Below, in pieces: positions 1-12,754 of a DNA stretch of 64,000 nucleotides. The notes beneath the pieces were generated by a model. It did not search any database, was not told the origin of the DNA, and was given only the letters and a program-made list of their open reading frames with translations. Position 1 is the first letter of the stretch; every line of letters begins with the position of its first letter. Source of the stretch: Octopus vulgaris (taxonomy: Eukaryota); NCBI GenBank assembly GCA_951406725.2, contig OX597827.1, positions 36,828,001-36,892,000 on the forward strand, given 5' to 3'. The translations under genes were made by a program, and so were the position numbers.

Positions 1-490
1 TATGGAAATTAGCAGCCCAGCGGATGTTAACATAAAGCTGAAGATCAGTGAAAAAGAGAACACCTATGCTGAACTATTGAGAAATCTGCTGTTATTCTGT
101 TCAGATTACAAGTTTAGGTTTATACCTGTAATTATTGGGACCCTGGGATATAACACACTGCCTAAATACCAATCTTGGAAAATTAGGCTTCTCAAAACCA
201 GAGAGGAGAAAGCTAACTCGAAGACTACAGATCCAATCCATCACTGGAACTGTAAAATTCTGTAAAACTTTCCAGAAGGTTATCATTTAAATTTATATGA
301 GCATGTCTAGATATGCAACTATATGCATGAGAATATATACATAAAGCAAAACATACAAATTGGCACATATACATACATGCATACAAACAAGACTATCCTG
401 TTGTTGATGTTGAAATTTCACTGAAAGAATCTAGGTTAGAAACCGGCTCTTTCTCTATTGGCAAGAAATCTTGAAATAAAACTGAACAAT
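1..490 (+). mobile_element. 3' end of non-LTR retrotransposon with C-terminal restriction-like endonuclease (R4/Dong-like), truncated by window edge
   Basis: ORF 2-265 EISSPADVNIKLKISEKENTYAELLRNL..FIPVIIGTLG matches the REL motif. It is homologous to 54870-55310, including the 3' end ggcaagaaatcttgaaataaaactgaa followed by CATA-type repeats. Confidence 0.75.
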
Positions 491-1002
491 ACATAGATAC
501 ACACATATGCATGCATGCATCATATGTACCTGCAAATACACACACACACATGCGTTAAATATTACTACTGATGCAGGCCATCCTTAACTTTCCTGAATCC
601 TGCCTGTTTATCTCTTATGTACACACACATATACATATAAACACATACATACCCATAATTACGCATGCAAATACATAGATACATGCAGTCATGTTCTCTC
701 ACATGATAATCCGATACCATTTGTATATGTAATATTATGGAATATTTGCAGACAGAGATTAACTTTAATCTATCTAGAATCTGACTTTGAACTTGTTATA
801 TATGCACACATACTCACATACCCATGTGCAAATAGATATATTTTACACACTGTGGAGGCAGATTTTTCCAATCACTTAAGGGGAAAAGTCTTTTCAATAA
901 TAGTGTAATCACCTGATTATATTATGCAGACAATAATTTTGATATCTGTGATTATGATAATTTATGGGTAGCTCTGTATATGCAAATTTTACAATATATA
1001 TC

Positions 1003-1086
<84 letters not shown>

Positions 1087-1514
1087 TAGTACATACATGG
1101 ATGTATGTACATGTGTCCCAATGGCAATTGTTGTTTTTATGTGATAGCTCTTCATTAAACAAGTGATGATATTCGCTACAAACATGCATCACCGATTCAA
1201 GTTTTATATGCCAAAAGACACATTGAACTTTTACTTTGCATTGTCCACATCTTGATTAATGCATTGGCTTGGCATTGTGTAATTTGTGTCACCCATACAT
1301 GATTTGCTGTGCTTGCATCCCATGTTTTTTTTTCATTCACCCAACTGGAGTATCAATTAAACGTGTGTAAGGCAACAAATGGAAGCCACCTCAGACTGTG
1401 CTAAACTGTATGCAAACCTTATTAGTTGGTCTCTTATTCAACATGTATATGAAATGTGTATGAAATAAAAGATGAAGACAGGTGAAGGAACAACAAGTAG
1501 GTGTATTAATTTAA

Positions 1515-1734
1515 GCCTTTCGTTACTAACGTGGCTGAAACCAGCTCTGGCTCTGAGTACAAATGTCTTGTTTTCATAAGTTTTGAATTAAAATCTTCCA
1601 CCAAACCTTAGTCACAATTTATGTTCCTAACATTAACTGAATGATAACAAAGTTATTTTATCAAATTCTTTGTTATATTTAAAGTAATTGAAAGAAACAC
1701 AGAGCATCCCAAAATAAATACAGTAATGAAAAGG
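1515..1734. mobile_element. piggyBac-type MITE
   Basis: TTAA|gcctttcgttact ... agtaatgaaaagg|TTAG: degenerate CCCTTT/AAAGGG TIRs with a TTAA-like TSD. It interrupts an older repeat; a related 5' part lies at ~38035. Confidence 0.55.
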
Positions 1735-2200
1735 TTAGTGCTTGGGAAGGATGGAAAAGTCTTTGATGTTTTGAGCCCATGGTTTTTGGCAGAAAGGATT
1801 GAGAGGGAAAAAAACGGAGAGAGAGAAAAAATGTGTTGGGATTATATGTATCATCATCATCATTTTAACATTCACTTCTCCTTGCTTGCATTGTTCAGAT
1901 AGATATTGTTGAGGCAGATTTTCTACAATTGAATTCCCTTCCTGTCACCCGTCACCAGTCCTCACTTGTTTCCAAGCATGGAAATGAAGGACACCACTTG
2001 TACAATGGTGATGGTGACACACATTTACAAATGATACACATACATTGTTAAGACAAAGAGGTTCAAACACATATACATGTTTTATTCCATTTCTTTTTAA
2101 CTTCACTGAGCCAACATAGTCTATGTGCTTCTACTATAAAAGAGGCCTTTTGTTTCTAACCAGTTTGTCTGAAGAATCGTTAATAGACATTAACACATTG

Positions 2201-2415
2201 AAGGCAGTGAGCTGGCAGAATCGTTAGAACATCAGGAAAAATGTTTAGCAACATTCCATCCTTCTTTACATTCTGAGTTCAAATTCTGCTGAGGTTGGCT
2301 TTGACTTTCATCCTTTTGGGGTTTATAAAATAACTACTAGTGGGACACTAGGGCTGATGTAATCAACTTACCCCTCCTCTAAATTTGCTGGCCTTGTGCC
2401 ACAATTTGAAATCAG
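2201..2415 (+). mobile_element. tRNA-headed SINE family A (with gcctttcatcctttcggggtcgataaa core)
   Basis: Head aggcagtgagctggcagaatcgttag and B-box-like gagttcaaattc. Related copies at 56396, 62140, 62385, 63241 and on the minus strand at ~15300, ~28300, ~53200. Confidence 0.7.
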
Positions 2416-3028
2416 TATTCTAACCAGTTATATACCATAACCAGTAATGTATCACCTGATGATGAAGATAATGATGATGATGAAAGTGTGTGTGTGTGCA
2501 CACTAGATTTCTTTCAGTTTCCATCTGCCTAATTCCTTCGGAAAAATTTGATTAATATAGTAAATGACACTTGCCCAGTGTGAATGAACCTGAAACCATA
2601 TGGTTGTGAAGTGAACTTATTAAGCACACCATCATGTCACCACCTATATGTATAGCACTCAAATTTACCATATGTTACATACTATCCTACCATCTTAAAA
2701 AAAATCAATGTAAGAACACCTTGTATTATGAAGTGTCCTATACAATATGTCTAAAGAAAGACATGATGACATAGCTGGCTCCTCATTGATTAATTATAGA
2801 TTGGCATAAACAGATTACCAACAACAGCAACAACAATTAAAACAAAATTTGTTTATGAAATAAGATAATGTGCTTGAGTGAATGTTTCAATTACTTAGTA
2901 TGGTAATTTCATTGTTCTGAGTTCAATCTCTGTTAGCTTCTGTTAAACAATATAATATTTGCTGTCACAGGCCATCCCCTCCCCAAATCTCCTTGGATTT
3001 GGGGGTTTTAACCAACACATATACACAT

Positions 3029-3063
<35 letters not shown>

Positions 3064-4271
3064 ATGTATACAGTGGAAGCTGCTTAATGTGATCACTTTG
3101 GGACATAGCCTTTTAGATAACAATAAATTCCGATAACATTAAACAAAAGAAATACTTATGTGCATGGCTCGAAACGTAAAAGACTTTTTCTATTCCTGAG
3201 CGTTATACTAATACACCTGTTTGTTTTATACACCACCTGTCTTCGCCTTTTGTTTTTTTCGTAAACTCTCCCTATATGTAAGTGTATACATATATATGTC
3301 TTTCTGTGTATGAGTATAGAATTCTCAGTTTGCTTGACTGTAAGGTATGTGTAGCTTCATATCCTTCCTAATGTACAATCATCATCATCGTCATCCTCAT
3401 CATTGCCACTACCACTACTGGCCATAACATCACAGATCACCACCCCATCACCACCGACAACGCTGGTACTGCTGCTAAGATTAACAATGACAACATCGAT
3501 GGTGACCATCTCCGTTGTCATTGTAACCACTACTATTACTCCTATCATCATCACCATCATCATCATCTCTAGAAATTGTCTTGGAAAAAATATTGAAAGG
3601 AATCTGAAAAGAGATATAAGATATGAAAAAAAAAACTATGGAAAAAATTAACAATGAACAATTAAGATGATAATTGTTATTGGTTAATTTTTAATAAGAA
3701 TCTTGAAAAATCAATGATGTTTATTGTTTTTAATTTCATTTGAAACATCACAGGTTATTTACAGGAGAACAGCAATGATGATAATGATGATGATGATGAT
3801 GATGATAAAAGTATTTGAGATCAAAAACTATAATAATGATAATTATAATTTTATTTGCCACAGGGGTATCCAGGGATGAGGACATTATAAAAACAGTTTT
3901 TATTTGTGTTCAGATTTATATAAAAACTGTTTGGGGAAAAGACATGAGAGGAGAGAAAAAATATACTTAATAACCAAAATGTGTATTCATGAATGATGCA
4001 GTCCTCCTGAAACGAGAGCCTTCAACTTGAAATAGTGAAGGAACTCCACAGATTCAGGATTACTCTGACTACCAAAAGCATGAACTCTCACCCAACTGTT
4101 GTTCTCCAGTGTATAGATGCAGACCCAATGGCCTACCAAGATTAAGTGCATTGCTTTTACCCCTAGACCAAACATTAACATGTAAAATAAAAGGGTGATG
4201 GACAAAGTAACAAATCATAAAGTTGTTGAGGCTTTTTGTAGAATCAACTGTAGAGGGATTGACACCAGCTG

Positions 4272-4315
<44 letters not shown>

Positions 4316-4328
4316 ATTATATAGAAGG

Positions 4329-4379
4329 AGCTTCTACAGGACTAGTACTGTTTCATTCAAGAGAAATCTTCAGGAAGCT
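4329..4379 (-). ncRNA. Minimal type I hammerhead ribozyme (left-arm copy)
   Basis: Exact reverse complement of 10534-10584. Confidence 0.75.
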
Positions 4380-4798
4380 ATTTAACAAGAATTGTATTAG
4401 CATTTATACATTTAGGCAGGTTTAAAGGAGTGGTGGTGGGGGACTTTTTGGGGGTAGGCATAGCGCAAAATATCATACTTGGGGAGTGGTCAAGGAGTCA
4501 GTGGTAAGTTAGATGAAGGAATAGATAAATAAAAAAATAAAAAAATAAAAAATAAAAAAATAAAATAAAATAAAAAAATAAAATAAAAAAAGAAAAAAAT
4601 AAAAAATATAAAAAATATATATAAAAATATATATATATAAAATATATATATAAAAAAATATATATAAAAATATATATAAAAAAATATATATATAAAAAAA
4701 GGGGGGATAGAGTTATAGGTAAATAAGGAGATTCTCACTTATACCTATACACACATGTATACGTATCTACACACACATACATACATACACATATATAT

Positions 4799-4845
<47 letters not shown>

Positions 4846-5291
4846 CCTACACATACACACATACATACATACAAATATACATATACATATATATATATAC
4901 AATCCAATACAGGCCCATTCCCTAATTTTAATTTTATTATCTTCATTTATTACTTTTGTTATCTTTGATCGCTAGGGCTAAGAATCCTGGCAATGGCTGC
5001 ATGTCCATTTGTCTGTCTACTAGAAGGCAAGTACTCATTCCCGCACGCACACTCATTAGCACGTACATTCACCCATTCGTACACTCATACACATACACGT
5101 ACGCACGCGTTATATTCATACATACAAACATCTACATACGTTCACGTATATACACATACGTACTCGTACCTACAGATTCGTGTCTACACTTTAGGAGGCT
5201 AGTCTATACATATACACCAATATATATACATATATATATATATATACCCGCATATACATACACACACACACATATATACTCCTACATACAG

Positions 5292-5366
<75 letters not shown>

Positions 5367-5852
5367 CACATACACACATACATATACACACATACATACA
5401 CATATATATACATACACAAACATATATACACACATATATATATACATACACACATACACACATACATACGTATACATACATACATACATCCATACATCCA
5501 TACTTACATGCATTTATACGCATACACACACCCATCTATATATATGTATACATATATATATATATATATACACACTCACACATACATATACAAATCTACG
5601 CACACACATACATACATACACGTATACGCATACACGCACATACACATATACATGCGTACCCATACACGTGCACACACTCACGCGCATCCATATATATACA
5701 CACACACACATATATATACACGTGTGCAAGCATACATACATACTCATACGCGCACACATACTTACAAATACATATATGCACACACTTACACACATATATA
5801 TACATACACATATACATGCATACATACATATATGCATACATACACACACGCA

Positions 5853-5904
<52 letters not shown>

Positions 5905-5959
5905 TACATATATAGATATACATACACATACATACACATACACATACATACACACATAT

Positions 5960-6004
<45 letters not shown>

Positions 6005-6554
6005 TACATATATACACATATACATACATATACATACACACACACATACACATATATACACATATACATACATATACATACACACACACATACATATATA
6101 CATATACACTGATACACATACCCATACATACACATGCATATACTTATATCACTACATACTCACATATATAAACATATATACATATACACACATACATATA
6201 TACATGTACATACACATACGTATGCATATATATATATATACATATATATACACATATATATATATATATATACATACATACACACACACACACACATACA
6301 TATACACATATACATGTATACATACGCAAAAATGATACACATATATACACATACACACACACAGACAGATGCATATACATACATATATATATATAAACTA
6401 CATATCTATATAAATACATACATAATACACATATACACACACATATATATACATTCATGCATATACATATACAAGTATACATACACATACATACACACAC
6501 ACGCGCACACATACATATACACACACACATATACAAATACATACATACACACAT

Positions 6555-6595
<41 letters not shown>

Positions 6596-6963
6596 TACAT
6601 ACATGTACACATATACATATGTATATATATATCAACAAGGGAGGGTAAAGTTAATTAGTTATTAATCAATTTCATCAAGTGTTCAGTATGTAAAGGGACC
6701 ATTATTATTTTGAGTAAACAATGTTAGAGGGAAAAAATTCTCTAAGTAGTGGAAGAGGCTAAAAAACTTTATTGGCTGCTATTTCTAGAAAGTTTAGTAT
6801 GTGGCAAAGTAATTTATTTTATTTTCCTAAGCCCTAATTATATAATATTTTATACATACATACACATACATAAGCACATACATTTACACATACATATGCA
6901 TATACATATATACACATATACATACAAACACATATACACATATACACACACACACATACAAGC

Positions 6964-7008
<45 letters not shown>

Positions 7009-7257
7009 AATATATATACATATATATTTTTACATGCATACATACACACACACACACATAATACATGCGTATATTCCTACTGTACCCATGCATTTCTATA
7101 CATATATACATACATACGATACACATATACAAGCGTGCACATATAATATGTGAAAGGTCCTAGGAGAAAAGGTAATCGGGGGTGCTAGGGGAACAGTGGG
7201 GTTGGGGGGGGTTGGGGGGGGGGCTGTAGGGTGGGGGGTTGTAGGGGGGGGTTGTCA

Positions 7258-7467
7258 TCAATCAGGTTGCTGGGTAGGTCTATAGTTCTTGTAGTTCGCA
7301 TACTTCTTATGCATGCAATTTGGGGAGTGTTCTGAAAATTTGTTAAGGAGAGGGCCTTTGGCGAACAAGATCTCTAGGCTCTCTGATATGCATAGGTCAC
7401 AGCAGGTATGTCCTCCTGTGTACGAGCGCGCCTTCTGTAGTGGTTTCCACTTGGTCTTGAAGGGGAT
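7258..7467 (-). pseudogene. PLE GIY-YIG endonuclease C-terminal fragment (left-arm mirror)
   Basis: Minus strand reads IPFKTKWKPLQKARSYTGGHTCCDLCISESLEILFAKGPLLNKFSEHSPNCMHKKY...*. Confidence 0.7.
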
Positions 7468-7470
7468 TGA

Positions 7471-7680
7471 GTTCCTTTTAAGACCAAGTGGAAACTACTA
7501 CAGAAGGCGCGCTCGTACACAGGAGGACATACCTGCTGTGACCTATGCATATCAGAGAGCCTAGAGATCTTGTTCGCCAAAGGCCCTCTCCTTAACAAAT
7601 TTTCAGAACACTCCCCAAATTGCATGCATAAGAAGTATGCGAACTACAAGAACTATAGACCTACCCGGCAACCTGATTGA
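7471..7680 (+). pseudogene. PLE GIY-YIG endonuclease C-terminal fragment (not in the ORF track, no ATG)
   Basis: Hand translation VPFKTKWKLLQKARSYTGGHTCCDLCISESLEILFAKGPLLNKFSEHSPNCMHKKYANYKNYRPTRQPD*. The W..L..Y..C.LC..E..IL..LN..E..C.H pattern is also seen at 59748-59948. Confidence 0.75.
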
Positions 7681-7925
7681 TGACAACCCCCCCTACACCC
7701 CCCCCCCCTACAACCCCCCTACAACCCCCCAACCCCACTGTTCCCCTAGCACCCCCGATTACCTTTTCTCCTAGGACCTTTCACATATTATATGTGCACG
7801 CTTGTATATGTGTATCGTATGTATGTATATATGTATAGAAATGCATGGGTACAGTAGGAATATACGCATGTATTATGTGTGTGTGTGTGTATGTATGCAT
7901 GTAAAAATATATATGTATATATATT

Positions 7926-7971
<46 letters not shown>

Positions 7972-8340
7972 ATGTGCTTGTATGTGTGTGTGTGTGTATA
8001 TGTGTATATGTGTTTGTATGTATATGTGTATATATGTATATGCATATGTATGTGTAAATGTATGTGCTTATGTATGTGTATGTATGTATAAAATATTATA
8101 TAATTAGGGCTTAGAAAATAAAATAAATTACTTTGCCACATACTAAACTTTCTAGAAATAGCAGCCAATAAAGTTTTTTAGCCTCTTCCACTACTTAGAG
8201 AATTTTTTTCCCTCTAACATTGTTTACTCAAAATAATAATGGTCCCTTTACATACTGAACACTTGATGAAATTGATTAATAACTAATTAACTTTACCCTC
8301 CCTTGTTGATATATATATACATATGTATATGTGTACATGT

Positions 8341-8378
<38 letters not shown>

Positions 8379-8924
8379 ATGTGTGTATGTATGTATTTGT
8401 ATATGTGTGTGTGTATATGTATGTGTGCGCGTGTGTGTGTATGTATGTGTATGTATACTTGTATATGTATATGCATGAATGTATATATATGTGTGTGTAT
8501 ATGTGTATTATGTATGTATTTATATAGATATGTAGTTTATATATATATATGTATGTATATGCATCTGTCTGTGTGTGTGTATGTGTATATATGTGTATCA
8601 TTTTTGCGTATGTATACATGTATATGTGTATATGTATGTGTGTGTGTGTGTGTATGTATGTATATATATATATATGTGTATATATATGTATATATATATA
8701 TATGCATACGTATGTGTATGTACATGTATATATGTATGTGTGTATATGTATATATGTTTATATATGTGAGTATGTAGTGATATAAGTATATGCATGTGTA
8801 TGTATGGGTATGTGTATCAGTGTATATGTATATATGTATGTGTGTGTGTATGTATATGTATGTATATGTGTATATATGTGTATGTGTGTGTGTATGTATA
8901 TGTATGTATATGTGTATATATGTA

Positions 8925-8969
<45 letters not shown>

Positions 8970-9024
8970 ATATGTGTGTATGTATGTGTATGTGTATGTA
9001 TGTGTATGTATATCTATATATGTA

Positions 9025-9070
<46 letters not shown>

Positions 9071-9570
9071 TGCGTGTGTGTATGTATGCATATATGTATG
9101 TATGCATGTATATGTGTATGTATATATATGTGTGTAAGTGTGTGCATATATGTATTTGTAAGTATGTGTGCGCGTATGAGTATGTATGTATGCTTGCACA
9201 CGTGTATATATATGTGTGTGTGTGTATATATATGGATGCGCGTGAGTGTGTGCACGTGTATGGGTACGCATGTATATGTGTATGTGCGTGTATGCGTATA
9301 CGTGTATGTATGTATGTGTGTGCGTAGATTTGTATATGTATGTGTGAGTGTGTATATATATATATATATATGTATACATATATATAGATGGGTGTGTGTA
9401 TGCGTATAAATGCATGTAAGTATGGATGTATGGATGTATGTATGTATGTATACGTATGTATGTGTGTATGTGTGTATGTATATATATATGTGTGTATATA
9501 TGTTTGTGTATGTATATATATGTGTATGTATGTGTGTGTATATGTATGTGTGTATGTGTATGTATGTGTA

Positions 9571-9618
<48 letters not shown>

Positions 9619-10068
9619 TATGTATCTGTATGTAGGAGTATATATGTGTGTGTGTGTATGTATATGCGGGTATATATATATATATGTATATTTATTGGTG
9701 TATATGTATAGACTAGCCTCCTAAAGTGTAGACACGAATCTGTAGGTACGAGTACGTATGTGTATATACGTGAACGTATGTAGATGTTTGTATGTATGAA
9801 TATAACGCGTGCGTACGTGTATGTGTATGAGTGTACGAATGGGTGAATGTACGTGCTAATGAGTGTGCGTGCGGGAATGAGTACTTGCCTTCTAGTAGAC
9901 AGACAAATGGACATGCAGCCATTGCCAGGATTCTTAGCCCTAGCGATCAAAGATAACAAAAGTAATAAATGAAGATAATAAAATTAAAATTAGGAATGGG
10001 CCTGTATTGGATTGTATATATATATATGTATATGTATATTTGTATGTATGTATGTGTGTATGTGTAGG

Positions 10069-10115
<47 letters not shown>

Positions 10116-10533
10116 ATATATATGTGTATGTATGTATGTGTGTGTAGATACGTATACATGTGTGTATAGGTATAAGTGAGAATCTCCTTATTTACCTATA
10201 ACTCTATCCCCCCTTTTTTTATATATATATTTTTTTATATATATTTTTATATATATTTTTATATATATATATTTTATATATATATTTTTTTATATATATT
10301 TTTTATATTTTTTATTTTTTTCTTTTTTTATTTTATTTTTATTTTATTTTATTTTTTTATTTTTTATTTTTTTATTTTTTTATTTATCTATTCCTTCATC
10401 TAACTTACCACTGACTCCTTGACCACTCCCCCAAGTATGATATTTTGCGCTATGCCTACCCCCAAAAAGTCCCCCACCACCACTCCTTTAAACCTGCCTA
10501 AATGTATAAATGCTAATACAATTCTTGTTAAAT

Positions 10534-10584
10534 AGCTTCCTGAAGATTTCTCTTGAATGAAACAGTACTAGTCCTGTAGAAGCT
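10534..10584 (+). ncRNA. Minimal type I hammerhead ribozyme in PLE pLTR
   Basis: agcttc CTGAAGA tttctcttgaat GAAA cag-tactagtc-ctg TA gaagct. Stem I agcttc/gaagct, stem III cag/ctg, GUA cleavage triplet, palindromic ACTAGT in loop 3; stem II weak. Confidence 0.8.
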
Positions 10585-11209
10585 CCTTCTATATAATAAA
10601 TTAATTTTACTCTGCTATGTATTGAGTACCTTACTTACTGTGGTTAACCCCGAATCAACCCGGGACCTACATATATATATATATAGATAGATAGATAGAT
10701 TATATATATATATATATTTATTTATATCTACATGCATATATATGTATATAATTATATGTGCATAAATATACACATATCCATACACGTATTTGCTAGAAAC
10801 AAGTAGAAGAAGTACAATTACAAAAACCTTTCATTAAAAGGAAATAAAACATGAAAGGTCATTGGTTAGGTTGAGTTAAAGCAGTCCATGATCCTGTTCA
10901 TCTAACCATTTCTAAAATTATGTACGAGACCAGTTGAATGCACCAGTAAACATTTTTTGAAATATTTGGTGCTGAAAATCTCAGTCTTGTGGGTATTCTC
11001 TTATTAAGTTTTGTGTAATGTCTTGCTTTTAATTTCACTGCTAGTCTATCTTCTCCATACTGTTACTGTTTTGAATTAACTAATTGTGTATCATTCTCTC
11101 TGTAGCATTACAGATGCTTTTTTCTGTTAACTATATGTTTGGTTTTCAATGAGTTGTGAATCCTAATTCGGCTTCATCTTCTTTATTTTCGCAATGGAAA
11201 TTGAAGCTG

Positions 11210-11850
11210 TGATACTAGTGCTGGTGGCACATAAGAGAACTATCCGAATGTGGCCATTGCCAGCGCCGCCCCGACTGGCCTCTGTGCTGGTGGCACATAA
11301 AAAGCACCATCCGATTGTGGCCGTTGCCAGCCTCGTCTGGCCTCTGTGCTGGTGGCACATAAAAAGCACCATCCGATTGTGGCCGTTGCCAGCCTCATCT
11401 GGCCTCTGTGCTGGTGGCACATAAAAAGCACCATCTGATTGTGGCCGTTGCCAGCCTTGTCTGGCCTCTGTGCTGGTGGCACATAAAAAGCACCATCCGA
11501 TTGTGGCCGTTGCCAGCCTCGTCTGGCCTCTGTGCTGGTGGCACATAAAAAGCACCATCTGATTGTGGCCGTTGCCAGCCTCGTCTGGCCTCTGTGCTGG
11601 TGGCACATAAAAAGCACCATCCGATTGTGGCTGTTGTCAGCCTCGTCTGGCCTCCGTGCCAGTGGCATATAAAAAGCACCCACTACACTCACGGAGTGGT
11701 TGGCGTTAGGAAGGGCATCCAGCTGTAGAAACTCTGCCAGATCAGACTGGGCCTGGCGCAGCCTTCTGGCTTCCCAGACCCCAGTTGAACTGTCCAACCC
11801 ATGCTAGCATGAAAAACGGACATTAAACGATAATGATGATGATGATGATT
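11210..11850 (+). repeat. RTE-3'UTR/SINE-type element containing a 62-bp tandem array (about 8 units, 11218-11680)
   Basis: Unit tctgtgctggtggcacataaaaagcaccatccgattgtggccgttgccagcctcgtctggcc starts at 11281, 11343, 11405, etc. It ends in ...gacattaaacgat(GAT)n. Related copies at 33400-33840, 36575-36770(-), 49760-50120 and 58573-58880. Confidence 0.8.
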
Positions 11851-12660
11851 ATTTTCCTGATGTAAATGATGTATAGTTGCCATTTTAAAGAAATTGTTCC
11901 TCCCCACTCATTTCCATTGTTTTATGTTTATTCTTCCCTTTTGTGATTTTTATCCCTCTTTTTCTTCCTTTCATGTTTTTTTTTAGTTGTTCATAGTTTT
12001 TCACTTGCAATTATTATTTCTGCTTCATTGCATAATGATAATGTGATAATATAGGTTGGAACTATTTGAAGACAGGGTGTTTGCTCATCAGTTTCTAATA
12101 CTGAGCATAAAGGTATTTCACTTGCTATCCCCATAGTTTTGGTTGGAGGTACTGTAGAAACTGGGTTTCATGGTTCTTTTTGCTCTCACTGTTGATTTCT
12201 ATTTAGTTTTTTTGTTTGCTTAGTCTTTCCAATTTTTCTTTCAGGTAACAAATGTAGCAACTAAGTATTTTGTCCCGCATCATTAATCTCATTCCCTTTG
12301 TCTTAGTACCTTCTACTTGGTACAGTATGGCTTTGTGGCCTTTGGACGTCATTAAGACTTGCAAATACATTTTGACTTTCATTGACTAAATGTCATCTTT
12401 TGTTAGCCCTTCTTTAAACACTGATCTATATTTTGATACAAAAGTGATGCTATCCATGAATTTACATTGTTTCCAGTATCTTCTATTATTGCTCTCATAT
12501 TTTGTTAACTCATCCACTAGTGTACAAATGTATAGTCAGAGGTATATCTGACAATTTCAGCCTGTGTTGGGATTGAGTCTTCAGTTTTGAAGGTACAACA
12601 GAGAGTACTCTATACATTATTTACATTTGATGGATATTTGTCTTCATCTTGTTTGTTGTT

Positions 12661-12708
12661 AATACAACGTTTCAGCTGATATACCCTCCAGCTTTCATCA
12701 GGTGTCTT
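12661..12708 (-). ncRNA. Minimal hammerhead motif in a solo pLTR-like repeat (12615-12760)
   Basis: Minus strand: gacac CTGATGA aagctg-gagggtatat-cagct GAAAC GTT gtatt. Self-complementary AACGTT at stem III; stem I has one mismatch. Confidence 0.65.
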
Positions 12709-12754
12709 GGGGGAAATTTTGAACCTGGATTCTCATTCCTAAGGTATTTTTCAA

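Larger units (their letters stand above)
4313..10670. mobile_element. Giant foldback (palindromic) insertion of a 5'-truncated Penelope-like element, with 3' tail on the right
   Basis: 4313-7468 is the reverse complement of 7470-10600 (the ORF track shows mirrored ORFs 7313-7564+/7374-7625- and 4993-5202+/9713-9922-). Unique tail 10601-10670, (TA)n on both flanks, GIY-YIG C-terminus at the centre, hammerheads at both ends. Confidence 0.85.

Noticed and set aside
3995-4050. Hammerhead-like tcctc-CTGAAACGA-gag..ctt-GAAATAG-tgaagga
   Set aside because: Core spacing and cleavage triplet do not fit; left uncalled.
7313-7625. Paired 83-aa ORFs MQFGECSENLL... on both strands
   Set aside because: A consequence of the palindrome; they are antisense or off-frame to the real GIY-YIG remnant.
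4956-10403. Many long Y/I/H/T- and C/V/M-rich ORFs (up to 380 aa)
   Set aside because: Translations of TA/CA microsatellites lacking stop codons; the same applies to similar ORFs throughout the window.
4313-10600. Foldback DNA transposon or hairpin-ended viral genome
   Set aside because: The retroelement ORF remnant, hammerheads and one-sided tail fit a PLE origin; no transposase or Rep sequence. An assembly artefact is judged less likely but cannot be excluded.
11218-11680. CRISPR-like array
   Set aside because: Whole units are repeated with no unique spacers, there are no cas genes, and the context is eukaryotic.
10830-12600. Possible decayed L1/Tx1-like sequence on the minus strand
   Set aside because: Strand-biased composition only; no motif I could confirm.
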